From NCBI GenBank assembly GCA_001805005.1, contig MHDO01000152.1, positions 1-39,636 on the forward strand: a stretch of DNA of 39,636 nucleotides. Reading direction: 5' to 3'. Positions 16,898 through 25,271 of the stretch are shown one piece after another. A program made the position numbers and the translations under genes. Below the pieces are notes generated by a model that was not told the origin of the DNA, ran no database searches, and saw nothing but the letters and a program-made list of their open reading frames with translations. The stretch comes from Nitrospinae bacterium RIFCSPLOWO2_12_39_16. GTDB taxonomy: Bacteria > Nitrospinota > Nitrospinia > UBA9942. Numbering within the stretch: position 1 is the first letter of the stretch; every line of letters begins with the position of its first letter.

Positions 16898-18043
16898 CTA
16901 TTGATTATGACACTGCTGGCATGTATCTCTCATCATTGTGCCAGCCCCCCCTGATGCTGTCGGTGCCCCAAATATTAAATTAGAATGATTTGGAGAACCA
17001 TGCGACCTGTGACAGGTAAGACAAAACGGCTGTTCATCGCCGCCACTGTCAAGCCCATCCGGATTTATAGCACGCACCCGATTAAAACCAGTTATTGATG
17101 CAAAATTTGCCGGGACTGTATGCCCATTTCCAACCCCAACTGAAATCTTACCTACAGGATGACGAACCCATTGAGTATCTGTCCCGCTATCGCCTGTAAC
17201 ACTGCCACCCAACTTCCCACTTCCATAACCAATATCATCACCACCATACCCGTTAGAATTATAAAATTTTACATGACATTTACCACAAAAACCAGCTATT
17301 TGTTTAGTACTACTCCTAAATGTCATGTTAGATGTGGAATATTGGTTGGCAGGGTTACTCCCATCACAATTCCCATCTATAACCGCCTGTGCAATTGAGG
17401 ATATACCATCCCATACTCCATTATTATAGGTTACTATTTTATATGAATCCGCTGGTGTGCTATCTCCCGGTTCTCTGAAAGAGGGGTCTAATGGTTCGGG
17501 CCTAAAATTTCTGTAATTACTATTTCCATGCTGGTCATGGCAGTATATACAGCTGAAAACAGGACCGTATTTTGTCTGTGCTGTAGTCCAGTCACTCCCT
17601 ACATAACCCGGTGGCTTTATCCCTGTCAAATCAACTCCGATACTGTGCCGTTTATCTTCGTCAGGTGTTCCGCCTGTATTAAAATCACCTGCCGAAGCGT
17701 TATAAATAGGACTAAACAGGTCAGGTGCACCGATATTAATAGGATCTCCATCATGACAGTATTTACAAAGATTAACCACTGAATCTGCCCTAAGTAACTT
17801 TTCGTAAGTATTTATTCCTCCACTATAAATCAAAGATACACTACCCTGCGTGCCATGCATAACATGACACTGGGCACATGCAAGCGTAGTTTCAGCAGGA
17901 ATACCTGATTTATGATAATCTCCGGCAAAGGAATCATTAGCAAACAGTAAGCAGTAGGCAGTAAGCAGTAAGCAATATATAGTTTTTTTCTGCCTACTCC
18001 ATACTGCATACTGCCTACTTCTATTTGTTTCTTGTCTTTTCAT
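16898..18043 (-). CDS. OmcS/OmcT-like hexaheme cytochrome c (paralog 2)
   Basis: Six CxxCH (CAQCH, CKYCH, CIYCH, CGKCH, CLTCH, CQQCH) with OmcS-like spacing: CxxCHxMH, CHDQHG..NYR, RHPV, CHRSHGS, terminal CxxCH. Confidence 0.85.
   Translation of the reverse strand: MKRQETNRSRQYAVWSRQKKTIYCLLLTAYCLLFANDSFAGDYHKSGIPAETTLACAQCHVMHGTQGSVSLIYSGGINTYEKLLRADSVVNLCKYCHDGDPINIGAPDLFSPIYNASAGDFNTGGTPDEDKRHSIGVDLTGIKPPGYVGSDWTTAQTKYGPVFSCIYCHDQHGNSNYRNFRPEPLDPSFREPGDSTPADSYKIVTYNNGVWDGISSIAQAVIDGNCDGSNPANQYSTSNMTFRSSTKQIAGFCGKCHVKFYNSNGYGGDDIGYGSGKLGGSVTGDSGTDTQWVRHPVGKISVGVGNGHTVPANFASITGFNRVRAINPDGLDSGGDEQPFCLTCHRSHGSPNHSNLIFGAPTASGGAGTMMRDTCQQCHNQ
17944..18043. repeat. Inverted heptamer repeat (GCAGTAR / YTACTGC) forming a signal peptide
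   Basis: cagtaag cagtagg cagtaag cagtaag ... ctgccta ctccata ctgcata ctgccta. Confidence 0.86.
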
Positions 18044-18044
18044 C

Positions 18045-18923
18045 TTATTCCACCTTCTTAAACATACTAACCCTTCCCCTGCCTTTTTCTACTACATAAA
18101 AGTTCTCTCCCTTAAAATCAATGCCAAGGGGGTAATAGAGGTTTTCCCTGGAATTTCCATAAATACCAAATCCACTCAGTCTTTTTCCTTCATCATTAAA
18201 ACCTGTCACCCGATGCTTAAAGGCATCAACTACCCATATCATACCGTCATCATCGACTTTTATTCCAGAAGGCATAGAAAAATTCTGTTCCCCTTCCCCA
18301 ATATGCCCAAAACCTGCAAGGTATTCGCCTTTTGTATCAAATATCCTTACGACAGGGTCAGCACTCATTACCGACACATAAATCTTTCCACTCTTTGCTG
18401 CAATACCGCCAATTGATTTAAACAGATTTCTGCCGCCAAAGTTAAATTGATATTTCCCATCTTTATCAAATACACAAATCTTTAAAGAATTTCTATCAAC
18501 AACAAGAAAACCTACCCCATCCATAACCGCCATCTTACCTGGTGTAAATCCCTCATAAGGAGGCTCAATGCTTCCAACCTTTTCTCCCCTGATATTAAAA
18601 ATCTCTATATAATTTTTACCTTCTCCACTCATATAGATATAATTATTTGAAACAAAAATATCAATGGGGGATGATACCCCCTTTTCTTTTCCAAACCGAA
18701 AAACAGGCGTCCCATCAAGTTCAAAAATATAGATATTGTTCCCTCCATTATCAACAACATATAGTTCATCATCTTCTATAAAAATTGAGGATAATCCCTC
18801 AAATCTATATTCATCTGAAAATCTGTCAATAGCGCTGATAAAATAGAAACTCGAAGGTGCGGATTCTACCTTAGCTATAAGAATAATCAGAATTCCACAT
18901 GTTAAAAAGAATCTTTTCATCAT
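18045..18923 (-). CDS. NHL-repeat beta-propeller, exported
   Basis: Signal peptide; LYVVDNGG..IYIF...G..FRFG, FSMPSGIKVDDDGMIWVVD repeats. Confidence 0.88.
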   Translation of the reverse strand: MMKRFFLTCGILIILIAKVESAPSSFYFISAIDRFSDEYRFEGLSSIFIEDDELYVVDNGGNNIYIFELDGTPVFRFGKEKGVSSPIDIFVSNNYIYMSGEGKNYIEIFNIRGEKVGSIEPPYEGFTPGKMAVMDGVGFLVVDRNSLKICVFDKDGKYQFNFGGRNLFKSIGGIAAKSGKIYVSVMSADPVVRIFDTKGEYLAGFGHIGEGEQNFSMPSGIKVDDDGMIWVVDAFKHRVTGFNDEGKRLSGFGIYGNSRENLYYPLGIDFKGENFYVVEKGRGRVSMFKKVE

Positions 18924-19035
18924 AAGTAATTAAGAACAAAAACCCGAACAAAAAATAAAATCATTAGACAGAATAAACAGGATTTTTTTATTTTTCTTTT
19001 CTTTAGTTATCTTGTAAATCTTGACTATATATTAA

Positions 19036-19051
19036 AGCAAAGAATATGCCA
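19036..19051 (-). promoter_or_regulatory. sigma54 -24/-12 promoter
   Basis: Minus strand TGGCATATTCTTTGCT (GG-N10-GC), about 110 bp upstream of the NHL gene start at 18923. Confidence 0.75.
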
Positions 19052-19057
19052 AAACAA

Positions 19058-20521
19058 TTACTTTCCAATCAAAAACTCCACTCTTCTATTAATCTTTCTC
19101 CCCTCTTCAGTGTCATTATCGGCAATTGGTCTTGATTCTCCAAAGCTTATAGTGATAATTCTTGAGGGGGCAATACCCTTATTAGTGAGGTATGCCTTTA
19201 CCGCATCTGTTCTCGCCTGTCCAAGTTGCAGATTATTAACTTCTGCCCCCATATTATCAGTATGCCCGGTGATATGCAATTTATATGTCGGTTTCTTTAT
19301 CAGCAACTCGTATAATTTATCTAAAAATTCAAAGGAAGATTTTTTTATAATAACCTCCCCACTTTCAAATTCCAGATTTTTGAATACATCTGCCAATATA
19401 TCTTCCTCCTGCTTTTCAATTTTTATCGGCTCAATTTCTTTCTCAACAGACTGTGGCTCAACTACTTTCTCAATAACAGGCTCAACCTTTATTGGTTCGG
19501 TTGCCTTACCCCCCTCGCTCAATCCCTCTCCACTTGTGGAAGAAGGGAGGGGTGAGGGGATAGATTCAACAGTTTCTGGCAGTTTACCCTTACTAATTTG
19601 CTGAACAACCTTTTCTTCTGGCATAACAAGCTCATATACCTGAACCCTTGCATTACCCGTATCACAAACATATATCTTGCCATTTTCACCTATTTTAACA
19701 TCCGAGGGCCATGAAAGGTTTTCAGGGTTTCTGCCGGCCCCTCCAAACTCTGCTATTGGTTTACCATTCCTATCAAAGATTATTACAACAAACCTGTTTG
19801 TATCTACAACAAATAATCTCTCTCCATCTGTATCAATATTTGACGGCATACTAAAACCGCCGAACAAGCTTGATATAATGCCAAACATGAAAAGAAATTT
19901 ACCATCTTCCTTATTATAAACTGATACACGAAATAGTGCCGGGTCAAGAAGATAAAACCTCTCTGAATCTGTAGTAATTGCCTTTGCGTTCAAAAACTCC
20001 CCTTCATTACTACCCTTTTTCCCAAACTGAAATAAAAATTTACCTGCACTATCAAAGACAATAATCCTGCTTAATCTTCCATCACCTATATAAATATAGC
20101 CATTTTCATCTATGTGCAGCGACTGGATAGATAAAAGTGTGAAATCTGGCACAGAAGAAAGGTCGAACTTCCTCAGATATTCTCCCCTATAGTTAAGGAT
20201 ATTTATCTCACCTGCATCAGATAAATAAATATTCCCATCCTTTGTTACAGAGAAAATCTGTATAGAATTTGCAAGTGGGATTTTAAAGACTGCTATACCA
20301 TCTTCATTGATAATTATGATTTCTTTGCTCTTGCTGGCAACATAAAGCTCGCCCTGCTGATGGTCAATATGAAGTTTTGAAGGAGCTCCCCCTCCCATTG
20401 ATTTTGCTGTGTAAGAGGTAATATGTCTTACATCAATCTTTGAGGCGGCTTCTATATCAACTGATGCAAATATCAATATAGCTATGACAAAAAATATTGA
20501 ACGGGTTATATATATATACAT
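19058..20521 (-). CDS. NHL beta-propeller fused to OmpA-like peptidoglycan-binding domain
   Basis: NHL repeats, P/E/K-rich linker, C-terminal GHTDNMG...LGQARTDAVKAYL...GESRPIADNDTEEGRKINRRVEF. Confidence 0.88.
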   Translation of the reverse strand: MYIYITRSIFFVIAILIFASVDIEAASKIDVRHITSYTAKSMGGGAPSKLHIDHQQGELYVASKSKEIIIINEDGIAVFKIPLANSIQIFSVTKDGNIYLSDAGEINILNYRGEYLRKFDLSSVPDFTLLSIQSLHIDENGYIYIGDGRLSRIIVFDSAGKFLFQFGKKGSNEGEFLNAKAITTDSERFYLLDPALFRVSVYNKEDGKFLFMFGIISSLFGGFSMPSNIDTDGERLFVVDTNRFVVIIFDRNGKPIAEFGGAGRNPENLSWPSDVKIGENGKIYVCDTGNARVQVYELVMPEEKVVQQISKGKLPETVESIPSPLPSSTSGEGLSEGGKATEPIKVEPVIEKVVEPQSVEKEIEPIKIEKQEEDILADVFKNLEFESGEVIIKKSSFEFLDKLYELLIKKPTYKLHITGHTDNMGAEVNNLQLGQARTDAVKAYLTNKGIAPSRIITISFGESRPIADNDTEEGRKINRRVEFLIGK

Positions 20522-20528
20522 TTAGAGC

Positions 20529-20563
20529 AAAAAAAAAGGGAAGCGTCCCCGCCTCCCCTTTTT
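20529..20563 (-). terminator. Rho-independent terminator after the omcS-like gene
   Basis: Minus strand AAAAAGGGGAGGCG-GGGA-CGCTTCCC followed by a T9 run. Confidence 0.82.
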
Positions 20564-20582
20564 GAAATTAAACCAAACTTCA

Positions 20583-21800
20583 TTATCTGTTATGACACAA
20601 CTGACATCCTTTTGTTGATGAAACAGCATTACCTGTCTGACTACCTGTCCCAACAGCGGATGTATAATCCCATCTTAGATTATCATTATAAGGACCGCCA
20701 TGTGCAAAATGACAGGATAGACACATAACCCTATCGGTTGAATTATTTGTTTTGTAAAATACCCTATTAGACGATGAAGCACTTGCAACAGGAAGGTAGT
20801 AACCTGCTGTTGTAACATCATAATTAGTAGTATCTATGATAGTTACACCTGCCCCAGAAGTTGTTGAACCATCGCCAGCCAATGTGTTATTAACAGGATG
20901 CCTTTTCCAATCATCACCTGAGGCATTGGTCGTTACTATAGCCTCATGCCAGTTATCATGACACTGGGCACACCATCTTGAAATGCCATTTGACCCTCCA
21001 CCATAGGAATTGCTATTTGCAGTATCATCAGCAGCTGATCCTGTAGTAGACGCAGTTTTGATTACCGGCCATATATTATTCTTATTTGATGCCCCGCCTA
21101 TTGCAAGTATAGTATCCTGAAAGTTTGTCCCATTAATACCTCCAACCCAACTCGTATGGTCTGCATCAGTAAGTTCAACACCTGCATTACTTCCTGCATT
21201 TGTTGCACTCATCCTCAGATTTCTGAACTTATTTATAGCAGTATCGGCTGCATTGGCAGTTCCATGAGGGTCATGGCAAGATGTGCATGAGAAACCTGCT
21301 ATTTGCGTACTATCTGCACTACCCGGCGGTATGACATTTGCGAGACCAATGGAATGCCCTCTTCCAAGCGCAGTACTGCCTCCATCTGTACTCAATGTAA
21401 AATCTGCATTAACCTCTGGAAAGAAGTTACCACCAGCACCTATACCAGTCAGGTGATCCGTCTGTGTCCATAGTGTGCCAGTTGCAAGGTGCACCTTTGG
21501 TGGTTTTACATTCTTTGGCGCAAATTGAACATCTCCATTAGGGCCTTGATCAGAATGACACTGCAGACAAAGCCTGTGAATATTTTCTCTGCTGGATACA
21601 TCCGCCCTAAGCAAAACGAGTGAGCCGCCGGATGCACCACCAAGCGTATTAGTACCACCTCCCTGGCTGTTATGCATTGTATGACAGTTACCGCATGTCA
21701 AATCACCTGCACCTTTATGAACTGCAAAAACCGATGTATTTATTAATAAGAAACCAGTAATCAAAACAACAACTCCTAACCATTTTTTCATGTCTTTCAT
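20583..21800 (-). CDS. omcS: OmcS-like hexaheme cytochrome c, candidate nanowire subunit
   Basis: Signal peptide then VHKGAGDLTCGNCHTMHNSQGG (OmcS begins FHSGGVAECEGCHTMHNSLGG); six CxxCH; CTSCHDPHG, SRWCAQCH, RHPV, VMCLSCHFAHG, terminal CQLCH; 405 aa, G/S/T/N/A-rich. Confidence 0.87.
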   Translation of the reverse strand: MKDMKKWLGVVVLITGFLLINTSVFAVHKGAGDLTCGNCHTMHNSQGGGTNTLGGASGGSLVLLRADVSSRENIHRLCLQCHSDQGPNGDVQFAPKNVKPPKVHLATGTLWTQTDHLTGIGAGGNFFPEVNADFTLSTDGGSTALGRGHSIGLANVIPPGSADSTQIAGFSCTSCHDPHGTANAADTAINKFRNLRMSATNAGSNAGVELTDADHTSWVGGINGTNFQDTILAIGGASNKNNIWPVIKTASTTGSAADDTANSNSYGGGSNGISRWCAQCHDNWHEAIVTTNASGDDWKRHPVNNTLAGDGSTTSGAGVTIIDTTNYDVTTAGYYLPVASASSSNRVFYKTNNSTDRVMCLSCHFAHGGPYNDNLRWDYTSAVGTGSQTGNAVSSTKGCQLCHNR

Positions 21801-21875
21801 AATATTTTCCTCCTTTCTTTTCTTTATGTTTATTTTGTAATTTTATATTGCCTGTAACCCTTGCCTTGAATAATA

Positions 21876-21891
21876 AGCATATATCATGCCA
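21876..21891 (-). promoter_or_regulatory. sigma54 -24/-12 promoter of the omcS-like gene
   Basis: Minus strand TGGCATGATATATGCT (GG-N10-GC), about 75 bp upstream of the ATG; RBS AAAGGAGG. Confidence 0.75.
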
Positions 21892-22085
21892 TTCCAAAAA
21901 ATATTAATTTTCAAAATGAACAAAACCTAATTTAACCACAAAGACAGGAAAATCAAAGGCTTCAAGTTTATAAAGTAAAAATTTCATAAAAATAACTTTA
22001 GTGAAGCTGTAGATTTTGTGTAAAACTACACATTGTTTAGTTAAATTTCACACATTACCCCCCTTTTGTTAAGAGGGATTTAGAG

Positions 22086-22421
22086 TTATACATGACATTT
22101 TTTACAGGTTGACATATCCCATGAAGACTTCCCATTATGGCATTTTCCACAATATTCACCTTCTACATTCTTTTTCATTGTAACCAAATTTGCACCTTTT
22201 TTCTCTTTAAAAACAGATGGATGGCAATCTTTACATTTCAATTTACTATGCTTTGAATGGGAAAAGCGGGCAGGAGGCATATCTGCCTTTTTCCTGCTCG
22301 CCTTTTGATTTTCAAATACAATAACATCCTGCGGTTTTTTCTCCGCCGCAAATAGAGGAAAAATCCACACAATTGACACTACATAAAAAATTATAAAAAT
22401 TTTTAAAGTAGTTTTCATCAA
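22086..22421 (-). CDS. Triheme cytochrome c7 (PpcA-like size)
   Basis: FSHSKH..CKDCH...CGKCH...CKKCH, signal peptide. Confidence 0.9.
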   Translation of the reverse strand: MMKTTLKIFIIFYVVSIVWIFPLFAAEKKPQDVIVFENQKASRKKADMPPARFSHSKHSKLKCKDCHPSVFKEKKGANLVTMKKNVEGEYCGKCHNGKSSWDMSTCKKCHV

Positions 22422-22433
22422 TTAAAGCCCATA

Positions 22434-23183
22434 CTACTTAGATACTGTCCTCAGAGTAATAGTATCGTCAGGTTTATTCTTCTTTGGAAAGGTATGGCAT
22501 CTCTTACAATCTGCAAGAGGGAATGCAATCTTATTATGACACCTGCCGCACCACTTGCCGCCAGCCATTTCTATCATCTTTACATCATTCCCGCCTGCTA
22601 CCGGCTCAAATATAGGTCCACCGACACTCGCGTGACAAACCTCACATTTTAACCACCATGTATGGATAAAATGGGGAAATATAACATTATCCATAAAATC
22701 GCTTTTGGTCTCAAATAATATATTCATATCAAGTATCGCTTCATCATCAGGTTTTGCATTTGAGTCTAAATCAAAACGGGGGTCAATCGTCTTATCCCTA
22801 ACAACCTGTGCCCAATTAATCAACTTATACTTATCCAATGGAAGTCCTGAATCTGTAAGAGCAGTAGGATGCCATCCTGCCCCAATTTTTGCAAATGTAG
22901 ATGCAACTCCTGATTTATTGATATCACCCGTTCCAGCCATTTCGCCCTTTGTATCAAGGTAAATAAGACTTTTTTTATCTTTTGGGTCAAGAGTCTTTGT
23001 AGAAGGTGTCTCTACTGTAGGAGTTGGAGGTGCTTTAGGCTGTTCTACTACTACTGGTGGAGCTGCCTTTTCAGCAGCCTTCTTTGATGGTTTTTTTTCA
23101 GCCGCGTCAACTGAAATACAAAATATTGCAATAAATATTGTAATTAATAATGATATTTTTTTTAAAATTTTATTAATCTTCAT
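22434..23183 (-). CDS. Triheme c7-type cytochrome with N-terminal extension
   Basis: FPHFIH..CEVCH...CGRCH...CKRCH; A/P/K-rich linker after the signal peptide. Confidence 0.9.
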   Translation of the reverse strand: MKINKILKKISLLITIFIAIFCISVDAAEKKPSKKAAEKAAPPVVVEQPKAPPTPTVETPSTKTLDPKDKKSLIYLDTKGEMAGTGDINKSGVASTFAKIGAGWHPTALTDSGLPLDKYKLINWAQVVRDKTIDPRFDLDSNAKPDDEAILDMNILFETKSDFMDNVIFPHFIHTWWLKCEVCHASVGGPIFEPVAGGNDVKMIEMAGGKWCGRCHNKIAFPLADCKRCHTFPKKNKPDDTITLRTVSK

Positions 23184-23205
23184 TGATTCCCTCCTTTCTA
23201 TTTAT

Positions 23206-23586
23206 TTATTTGGCAATCTTCTTTGAATACTGAACAACACCAGGCGACCAGCCAGGTTCCCATGAATGACATCTCTCACAATAAAGAGGCTCCCATGCTA
23301 TAATACCATTGTGACACTTACCGCACTTTTCTCCATTCATAATCAGACTCATATTGATATCATTAGCACCTGCCTTTAATATAAAAATATCTTCATGACA
23401 AACCTTACACTTAAATCTTATACGGTGAAACCAGTGAGGAAACATGACATCATTAACCCCTGCCTTCCTCATACTTTCAGCCTTGCTATTCAGTATTATA
23501 TCTCCATATTCGGCAAATGAAAATTCAGCTAAAAAAAGAAAAGAATATAATCCTAAAAGTAAACCAATTAAAATTCTAATTTTCAT
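23206..23586 (-). CDS. Triheme cytochrome c7
   Basis: FPHWFHRIRFKCKVCH...CGKCH...CERCH, signal peptide. Confidence 0.9.
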   Translation of the reverse strand: MKIRILIGLLLGLYSFLFLAEFSFAEYGDIILNSKAESMRKAGVNDVMFPHWFHRIRFKCKVCHEDIFILKAGANDINMSLIMNGEKCGKCHNGIIAWEPLYCERCHSWEPGWSPGVVQYSKKIAK

Positions 23587-23762
23587 TTCACTCCCCCCCC
23601 TTTTTTTATTTTATGTGTATTTTCACACTCTATGAGTGTTATATTGCCCATCTTTCCTTTTTGAACTTTATGTATCCTTAAAAATAAAACAAAATATTTC
23701 AACAAATTACATAAGCAGTTCACCTCCCCATGTTTTACAAAACAGATAAGTAGATATATAAA

Positions 23763-23778
23763 AGCAATTAATATGCCA
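23763..23778 (-). promoter_or_regulatory. sigma54 -24/-12 promoter of the c7 trio
   Basis: Minus strand TGGCATATTAATTGCT (GG-N10-GC), intergenic between the NtrC gene and the first c7. Confidence 0.78.
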
Positions 23779-23876
23779 TTAATTAGAGGAGTTATAAAGT
23801 CTATCAAGTTGAAAGTTAAAAGTTGCTTTATGACTTTATTAACTTTACAAACCTTATAACTATATTCTTTCTAATC

Positions 23877-25271
23877 TTAATCTGTAGCATCTGCTTTTAA
23901 ATATCCAATCTTCTTCAACCTATATCTTAAGGCATATCTGCTCAGGCTTAGAAGTTTTGCAGCCCTGGATTGATTTCCCCCGGCTTTTTTGAGTGCTTGA
24001 ATTAAAAGATTTTTTTCTACTTCTTCAAGTGGAACTCCACCTTCCGGAAGGACAAAACTTGATTGTTGCTGTTCTTCACCTTTTACAGGGACACCCTCTA
24101 CCACTTCAATAGGTAGATGCTCAATTAATATCTCATCTTTGCTCTCAAGGATAATCGCCCTTTCAATCACATTTTTCAGTTCTCTCACATTTCCGGGCCA
24201 ATGATATGAGAGAATAGCCTGTTCAGCCTTTGATGATAAACCTTTAACATCTTTCCTGAACTCCTGATTGAACTTATCTATAAAGTACTTAGCAAGAATT
24301 AGTATATCTCCTTTTCTCGCCCTCAGCGGCAGTATAAAAATCGGTATTACTCTGAGGCGGTAATATAAATCCTCTCTGAACCTCCCATTCTTAATCTCTT
24401 CTTTTAGATTCTTATTGGTTGCCGCTATAATCCTGACATCCACCTCAATATCCGAAGCCCCTCCAACCCTCTTAAACCGCTTATTCTCAATAAATTTTAA
24501 CAGTTTCGTCTGTGTCATAAGTAGCATATCTCCGATTTCATCAAGAAGGACACTCCCGCCATCTGCAAGCTCAAATAGCCCTATTTTTTTCGCCTTTGCA
24601 TCTGTAAATGCGCCTTTTTCATAGCCAAAAAGCTCACTCTCAACAAGTGTATCTGGCAATGCAGTGCAATTTATATCCATGAATGGTCTTGCTGACCGTC
24701 TGCTCGCATAATGTATAGCCCTTCCTACAAGGTCTTTACCTGTCCCGCTCTCCCCTTCTATTAAAACAGTAGTTGCATCGCTCTGAACTATCTTTTGAAT
24801 CATGTCCAGAACATCTTTAATCTCTTTACTCTCCCCGATTATACTATCAATACTGTGGGTCTTCTTTTCCTTTTCAAGTCGCCATGTAACCTCCCTGTTG
24901 ACCCTTTTAGACTCAATAGCCTTCTTTGCAATTATAGCGACCTCAGTGAGGTTAAAGGGCTTGCTGATATAATCATAAGCCCCAAGCTTCATGGCAGTTA
25001 CTGCTGTATCAACTGAACCTGAGCCTGTAATCATAATTACAGGGATATCTTCATTTAAACCAATAATTTCCTTCAATATCTGAATTCCACCTATATCAGG
25101 CAAGAAGACATCAACAAATGCGATATCCGGCATATCTTCCCTTATAGAATTGATTGCCGATTCGCCATTTTCTGCAGTCTTGACTTCAAAGCCCTCTTTT
25201 GTCAGTTTTTCCTGCAATGTCCATGCAATAATATTTTCATCATCAACTATCAACGCCCTTGCCTTTTTCAT
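23877..25271 (-). CDS. sigma54-dependent response regulator (NtrC/AtoC family: REC-AAA+-HTH)
   Basis: LIVDDE REC, GESGTGKD Walker A, ESELFGYEKGAFTDA, LLDEIGD, FREDLYYRL, WPGNVREL, NQSRAAKLL HTH. Confidence 0.96.
   Translation of the reverse strand: MKKARALIVDDENIIAWTLQEKLTKEGFEVKTAENGESAINSIREDMPDIAFVDVFLPDIGGIQILKEIIGLNEDIPVIMITGSGSVDTAVTAMKLGAYDYISKPFNLTEVAIIAKKAIESKRVNREVTWRLEKEKKTHSIDSIIGESKEIKDVLDMIQKIVQSDATTVLIEGESGTGKDLVGRAIHYASRRSARPFMDINCTALPDTLVESELFGYEKGAFTDAKAKKIGLFELADGGSVLLDEIGDMLLMTQTKLLKFIENKRFKRVGGASDIEVDVRIIAATNKNLKEEIKNGRFREDLYYRLRVIPIFILPLRARKGDILILAKYFIDKFNQEFRKDVKGLSSKAEQAILSYHWPGNVRELKNVIERAIILESKDEILIEHLPIEVVEGVPVKGEEQQQSSFVLPEGGVPLEEVEKNLLIQALKKAGGNQSRAAKLLSLSRYALRYRLKKIGYLKADATD

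Noticed and set aside
23583-23807. 74-aa ORF (and the 60-aa ORF 21715-21897)
   Set aside because: No recognisable motifs; each overlies a sigma54 promoter or leader region.
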